64,000 nt of DNA from Octopus vulgaris (Eukaryota): assembly GCA_951406725.2 (NCBI GenBank), contig OX597824.1, positions 89,094,001 to 89,158,000 of the forward strand. Reading direction: 5' to 3'. The position numbers and the translations under genes are program-made. The notes beneath the pieces were generated by a model, which saw only the letters and a program-made list of their open reading frames with translations, ran no database searches and was not told the origin of the DNA. Positions 55,914 to 64,000 of this stretch are shown one piece after another; position 1 is the stretch's first letter; every line of letters begins with the position of its first letter.

Positions 55914-56200
55914 TGTTGTGTCTGGGGAGAGTCATTCTCTTTTGGTGCCTTATAATTTAACACACTCACCGGTAAAATTTCCACTTATTTCTCTCTTTAT
56001 ATTTCTTAAAATTTTCGTTGTGTCTTGCAACTTTTTCAATAGTTTTGACTATCTGTTTATACACAGAGTCAAAACTATTGAGAAGGTTGCAAGACGCAAC
56101 GAAAATTTTAGAAAAATAAGTAGGAAATAAGTGGAAACATTATCGGTGAGTGTGTTAAATTATAAGGCACCAAAAGAGAATGACTCTCCCCAAACACAAC
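55914..56200. repeat. Fold-back inverted repeat (~135-bp arms, short spacer)
   Basis: TGTTGTGTCTGGGGAGAGTCATTC..AGTTTTGACT pairs with AGTCAAAACT..GAATGACTCTCCCCAAACACAACA. Confidence 0.9.
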
Positions 56201-56267
56201 AGTATACATACATACATACATACATACATACATACATACATACATACATACATACATACATACATTA

Positions 56268-56702
56268 TGGCTGCCCCCTCGTTATCGAGTATGGCCATTG
56301 CACGAAACTTAACTGTTACTGGTGCTGTGATCGAATGTGACTTTTTAGCCCAGCTAAAGATCTACAATGTCTTGTACAAAATTGGCAACTAAAACCTTTA
56401 CTGGTAATAGCCGGCTGTAGTTGTAACTGGGCTTCATGTACCTTTGCATATCGTTTAAGTCCTCCTGCCGAATTACACTCTCTTCCACATGCCCGACAGA
56501 TATGATTAGTATGGTGTGTTACACCACCTCCAGTGGCCAGGTTGTCACTCATCTGTCTCATTTTATGACTACGAAGATGACTCATGAGTCCAGCTTTACT
56601 GAGGCAGTGTCTTGCACAGACATTGCATGTCAGAATCAAAGGAAGACCCTTCCTTTCTGGAGTGGTCATCTGGTCAGAATGAAGGATTCAAGGATGCCAA
56701 AA
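56268..56702 (-). pseudogene. RTE LINE 3' end with three C2H2-like fingers and an inverted 5' piece
   Basis: ORF 56316-56669(-): CNVC..HLRSH, CRAC..YAKVH, CQFC..HIRSQH. The plus strand reads WSGHLVRMKDSRMPK at about 56658-56702. Confidence 0.8.
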
Positions 56703-56728
56703 CATACATACATACATACATACATACA

Positions 56729-56805
<77 letters not shown>

Positions 56806-58094
56806 GTTTGTACATGTAACACATGCATATGTGTGTTTGTGAGTGTGTGTGTGTATGTGTATTCCTATGCGTATGTGTATATGTAAGACTATATGTATAT
56901 ATACAGTTTATTGATCTCCACCACCTCGAAATATCATATGTAACGAGAAGCTCCAAAAAGTACGTTGGACATCTTGTCAAGATGTCAAGTGTAACAGAAG
57001 TCAAGACAGAACGTTCGACTCCGAAGGTGGTGCTCCAGCATAACCCTACTATGAACACCTCTCAAGATTTTAGTTCTGGATTTATGTAATGGGAGTTCAA
57101 ACCCTGCCTACGTCATCTCAACTCTTTTATAGCTGTTGCGACTGGAATTCATTACTGGTGTATTGATATTGATGCACCTCCAGACGTGAACCAGATCAAT
57201 ATCTACCGATCAGCGGCTTCTGATTAAGACACAAAGCCTGGAAATTTAAGAAGGGACAGTTAGGGTCAGTCTATACCAAGCACTTTACTGGTACCTTATT
57301 TTACCGACCCCGACGGATCGAAGGCAGCAACTTTAAAACGCAAAGTATATTTTCCCCGGCGCCCTAAAAAGTCTGCCAGCTTGCCGATCCAACTATTAAT
57401 AAATGGTTTAAAATTTTGGCACAGAGCCAGCAGGTTTAAGGAAAGGGGTAATTCGATTACATTGATCCCCAGAACTAGAAGGGATGAAAGGTAAAGTTGA
57501 GCTTAGCGAAATTTGAACTCAGAAAGCAGAGAGAAGAAATGCCGCTAAGCATTTTAGCCGAGTTCCTCATGATTCTGCCGACTCGCCGTTCCGACATCTG
57601 ATACAATAATCTTTTCTGTTCTGCTATAGGTAAAAGGCATGGAATTTTATGGAAGGGCTTAGTCGATTATCTGTAGCCCAGTACCCAACTGATACTGTGT
57701 TTATCGACCCTGAAAGAATGGAATGTGAAGTCGGCCTTCGTGGGATTTTGAACTCCGAACGTAAAAATGGACGAAATGTTGGTATTCATCTTGTCTGGCG
57801 TTGTAACAATTCTGCCAGCTCAGCGTTCCATCAACTGATATAAAAACAATGACAGTAATGTAGAACTTATTTGTGGTTGCACAACTTGCTAGAAAAAGCA
57901 GCTAAGCCTTTCCTCAGATCAGTGGTTTTCGAACGGTCTACCGCAAGGAGGTGGTTTGGGTGCACGTAGATGTTTAAAAAAAATACAGTTTAAGGCCTTA
58001 CAAATTTTATACAAATATCTGAGCCTCTTTGGAAGTGTAGGAACCATAATCAAGGTCCCCTCTAATTTCTCGTAAAGTATCTGAGCACCCAGCA

Positions 58095-59405
<1,311 letters not shown>

Positions 59406-59424
59406 CATTTTTGTATATAATTAA

Positions 59425-59778
59425 TCATTTCTATTATAGGTACAAGGCCTGAAATTTTTAGGGATGGGGGAAGTCAAAAGGATAAAAAGGCAAAGTCAAC
59501 CTCGACGGGATTTGAACTCAGAACGTAGCAACAGACGAAATACCCATTTCTTTACTACCCACAAGGGGCTAAACATAGAGGGGACAAACAAGGACAGACA
59601 AACGGATTAAGTCGATTATATCGACCCCAGTGCGTAACTGGTACTTAATTTATCGACCCCGAAAGGATGAAAGGCAAAGTCGACCTCGGCGGAATTTGAA
59701 CTCAGAACGTAGCGGCAGACGAAATACCGCTGAGCATTTTCGCCCGGCGTGCTAACGTTTCTGCCAGATCGTCGCCTT
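59425..59778 (-). mobile_element. SINE family B with two internal units
   Basis: Reverse complement of head, unit and terminal tail. Confidence 0.85.
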
Positions 59779-60009
59779 ATCCGTTTATAATTAATTAATA
59801 AAACGAGACAAACAAGATTTTCTGCAATGTCTTTTTTTAATTTAAAAACAGCTGTCTTCAAACAATATTCTGTGTGATGTGTGAGAACCTAGAAGGATGA
59901 AAGTGACCCGTCGCAAGATTTGATCTCCAGATCTAATGAACCGTAACTAAATACCACCAATCATGCAATTTGAGGTTCTAGCGATCCTCAAAATTAACAA
60001 TACTTAATA

Positions 60010-60521
60010 CCGTAAATCCTCGAGTATAATCCGCATTTTTTCCCAAAAATTTAAAGGTCAAAATCCTTAGTGCGTACTATATACGAGGTTAAAAATGAAA
60101 AATATTTTCTAAGCAATGTCCGAGTCTCTATTTGCTGTCCGGCAATGTTTATTCAGACACATTTTGTGATGTCGGGCGCGAAAATACCTTAAGCTAAGCC
60201 TGGAAGCAATGAAGTCATAAAAGAATCATCCATAACTTGCAGTAAGCAACATTTATTAAACGTTATTACTGTTATTTCTTTATTTTCTGCAAACAAAATA
60301 CACAAAAAAGCTACACGTTTGCATTATGTTATATATACAATAATAATAAAGGACATTGCTGTATACATTTTTACAAACCAAGGACGTTATATAGACCTCC
60401 TTGACTCAAGTTAGAGAAGGGGTGCTTATTATACACAAGGTTTAGGTATTTTAGAGGTACAGCTCCCTAAAAATCCCCTGCGTATTATACTCAAGGGCGG
60501 ACTATACTCGAGGATTTACGG
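60010..60521. mobile_element. pogo/Tc2-like (Tc1-mariner superfamily) MITE, 512 bp
   Basis: TIRs CCGTAAATCCTCGAGTATAATCCGC / GCGGACTATACTCGAGGATTTACGG (one mismatch). TA target duplication at 60008-60009 and 60522-60523; no ORF. Confidence 0.9.
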
Positions 60522-60878
60522 TAATTGGAGCAACAACAACGACTACAAGCCAAAGCTTCGAGACACTACGTTGTGAGCAACACAAGCTAGACAAAGCAGT
60601 TAAACCACCCTCTTGTCTTATTCTCCTGTTGGAAAAGAACGAGAGAGAGAGAGAGAGAGAGTAAAGAAGACGTTTGGAATGAGTGTAGTTCTCGAACATT
60701 ATGCCTGAAACAATAGTCAAGATACACAGTCATGTCTGGACTGTCTTTGATCGAATATAGGTTGCTTGGTCAGGGTTGACTTGGGGTTAAACAATAACGA
60801 CAGCGGTGACAACAACGACAATCACAGCAAATAAAACTGGACAAAGTGTCTTAATATGATTGTATCTGTGTAAGATAA

Positions 60879-61110
60879 GGCGGCGCGTAGCTTAGTGGTT
60901 AGGGTGCCAGCATCGTGATCGTAAGATTGTGGTTTCGATTCCTGGACCGGGCGACGCGTTGTGTTCTTGAGTAAAACACTTCATTTCACGTTGCTCCAGT
61001 CCACTCAGCTGGCAAAAATGAGAAACGCCTGCGATGGACTGGCGTCCCGTCCAGCTGGGGAACACATACGCCATTGAAACTGTCTGGCTAGGCTTTAAAA
61101 GGGCGCATTT
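60879..61110 (+). mobile_element. tRNA-derived SINE family D (V-domain-like)
   Basis: A box TAGCTTAGTGG, B box GGTTTCGATTCC, core CCTGCGATGGACTGGCGTCCCGTCCAG. Relatives at 61765-61994(-) and 30370-30516(-). Confidence 0.75.
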
Positions 61111-61117
61111 ATTTTTG

Positions 61118-61295
61118 TGGAGGCGCAATGGCCCAGTGGTTAGGGCAGCGGACTCGCGGTCCGAGGATCGCGGTTTCGATTCCCAGACCGGGCGTTGTGT
61201 GTGTTTATTGAGTGAAAACTCCTAATGCTCCACGAGGCTCCGGCAGGGGGTAGTAGCGACCCCTGTTGTATTCTTTCGCCCCGACTTTCTCTCAC
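61118..61295 (+). mobile_element. SINE family C head truncated by a SINE B fragment
   Basis: TGGAGGCGCAATGGCCCAG..CTTTCTCTCACTC joined to the reverse complement of the family B head. Confidence 0.8.
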
Positions 61296-61381
61296 TCGGC
61301 GGAATTTGAACTCAGAACGTAGCGGCAGACGAAATACCGCTGAGCATTTCGCTCGGTGTGCAAACGTTTCTGCCAGCTCGC

Positions 61382-61441
<60 letters not shown>

Positions 61442-61513
61442 ATTATAATTATTATTATTATTATAATTATTATTATAATTATTATTATTATTATTATTAT
61501 AATTATTATTATA

Positions 61514-61578
<65 letters not shown>

Positions 61579-61764
61579 CATCATCATCATTAATAATAAT
61601 AATAATAATGATAATCCTTTCTACTATAGGCGCAAGGCCTGAAGTTTTGGGGGAGGGTGGTAGTCGATAACATCGACCCCAGTATTTCACTGGTACTTAA
61701 TTTATCGATCCTGAAAAGATGAAAGGCAAAGTCGACCTCGGCGGAATTTTTAAAAAGAATAAAA

Positions 61765-61994
61765 ATCCTTGCCGAGTCATCTAGAATCATAGGTTTCCCG
61801 GTTTCCCGGTTTTCCATGGCGTATGCATTCTGCATCTGGATGGGACGTCGGTCCGTCGCAGGATTAACTCATTTCTGCCAGCTGAGTGGACTGGAGCAAC
61901 GTGGAATGAAGTGGTTTGCGTCGCCCAGTTCGGGGCTCGAAACCTCAACGTTACGCTCGTGAGTCCAACACCGTAACCACTAAGCCACGCGCCT
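61765..61994 (-). mobile_element. SINE family D
   Basis: Reverse complement of GGCGCGTGGCTTAGTGG..CCACTCAGCTGGCAG..CCTGCGACGGACCGACGTCCCATCCAG. Confidence 0.75.
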
Positions 61995-61998
61995 TTGC

Positions 61999-62047
<49 letters not shown>

Positions 62048-62373
62048 GCAGCAGCAGCAGCAGCAGCAGCCGTGACATTAAGATTAGTAACAGCAAAGGC
62101 AATAATAGCAATAACAAGAGGAACAACAACAATAACAAAAAAGCAGGAGCAGCAGCAGCAGCAGCAACAGCAAGAACAACTTTAATAACAAGAATAATAA
62201 AAAAATAAAGAAAGAAAGAAACAAAAGTATGAACAACAACAATTCACTCAGGGCGATGCTATGTGGTCAATGGATCTGTTAGAAATAGCAGTAAAAATTA
62301 CACAACGACATATCTTTAAAAGAGAAGACGTCAGGATATTGTTGTCCAAGATATACAATGCCGGATAGAGAGA

Positions 62374-62424
<51 letters not shown>

Positions 62425-62761
62425 GAAAAGGATGCCTTTGACTGGAATAGCTTTGATCATGAGGATTGACCTGATCGATGTGGGTTGACCCGGGTCGAGA
62501 ATGACAGCAACAACACCCAACGACATCACCAAGGGCAACGTTAAAGATAATTAGACTCAACATGGAAGGGCATCTATTTGACGATAGGAAACGGATAGAA
62601 GGATGTTGTGACAAGTATGCCTCTCTCGAAAATAGTTGCAGGGGTAAAGTTTGGAGACATAGGGGTGCATACCAGGAAGCTGTACCCTTATGGGATGACG
62701 GTTTTGCGTTAGGATGTGTCTCTGAGTTAAAACAGGTAATTTCAGTTAAAAGATGCGTTTA

Positions 62762-62835
<74 letters not shown>

Positions 62836-63305
62836 TACACACAGACAGACACACAGACACACACACACAGACACACACACACACACACACACACGCACAA
62901 ACAAAGATATATTTGCATACGTGTGTGTGTGTACACCTGCACACGTACACATAGACACCCGTATATATTTGTATACGTGTACACGCATAAATATAAACAT
63001 GTATACATAAACATATATATATATATATGTATATATATACACGCATTTCCATATTGTTTAGCAATAAAGCTAACGGTGTTACTCAAATGCTGAAAGTTAC
63101 GCACGTTAGCCTTATCAGAATGACCGCTGTTATTTGAGTTCCAATTTTTGTGTACCAGCACACACACACACACACACACACATGCGTGTGTCTATACACA
63201 CACTGGGACATATACATATGCATACACACACACACATATATATATATATATAAATACAGGTGCTTACAATTATCAAGTACTCACCCTGAATTTTTTGTAT
63301 CCAAC

Positions 63306-63337
<32 letters not shown>

Positions 63338-63819
63338 CAAAAATATATATATATACATTATATATACATAAATATATAAATTATATAAATATATAAATTA
63401 GAGATAAAACCACAATTAGGCAAATCAAACAGTGAAAAACATAAACCAAAACATAAAAATAAAAATAATTAATATTATATACAAAATATATAAAATATAA
63501 AATTTGAATTATTTAGATTTAAAATTAAAATTATTAATTTATATTTATAAATTTTTATGAATTTTTTTTTACACACACATGTATATATGTATATATATTT
63601 ATGTACAAGTAATGTAAACTGCATGATGCCTTTAGGTGTGCAGAGATAATCTGGTATACATCAGAACACACGTGCCGCGCGCGCGCACAGTCCAACGACC
63701 TCACACATTCACACACATAAATATACACATAAGGACTTATGTATACATACATATATAGATATTTGTGTATATGCCCATATATATATATATATATATAGTA
63801 TATATATAAGTATATATAA

Positions 63820-63965
<146 letters not shown>

Positions 63966-64000
63966 GTTTATATATATATATATGTATATATATATGTATA

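Overview
This is AT-rich, microsatellite-saturated eukaryotic DNA. The repeat repertoire looks like an octopus/coleoid cephalopod intergenic or intronic region (inference from repeat content). I could not recognise any host protein-coding exon, and almost all ORFs in the supplied track are translations of (TA)n, (CA)n, (TATC)n, (CATA)n or (TAA)n arrays. The interpretable content is mobile DNA: four tRNA-headed SINE families (called A-D here); decayed LINE fragments (CR1-type RT, RTE, Dong/R4 restriction-like endonuclease elements); two Penelope GIY-YIG fragments; a miniature Gypsy-type LTR element; a pogo/Tc2-like MITE; and about eight short-spacer fold-back inverted repeats. Four signals stand out. 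(1) About a dozen type I hammerhead-ribozyme-like motifs sit in small Penelope-type elements, several with family-consistent non-canonical cores (CCGA, CTGT, TTGA). (2) Dong/R4-type LINEs appear to partition three different microsatellite targets: TAA, GAA and CATA. (3) One SINE head carries four different 3' tails. (4) One SINE has a variable-number ~184-bp internal tandem unit. All folds, alignments and family assignments were made by eye or from memory and need computational confirmation.
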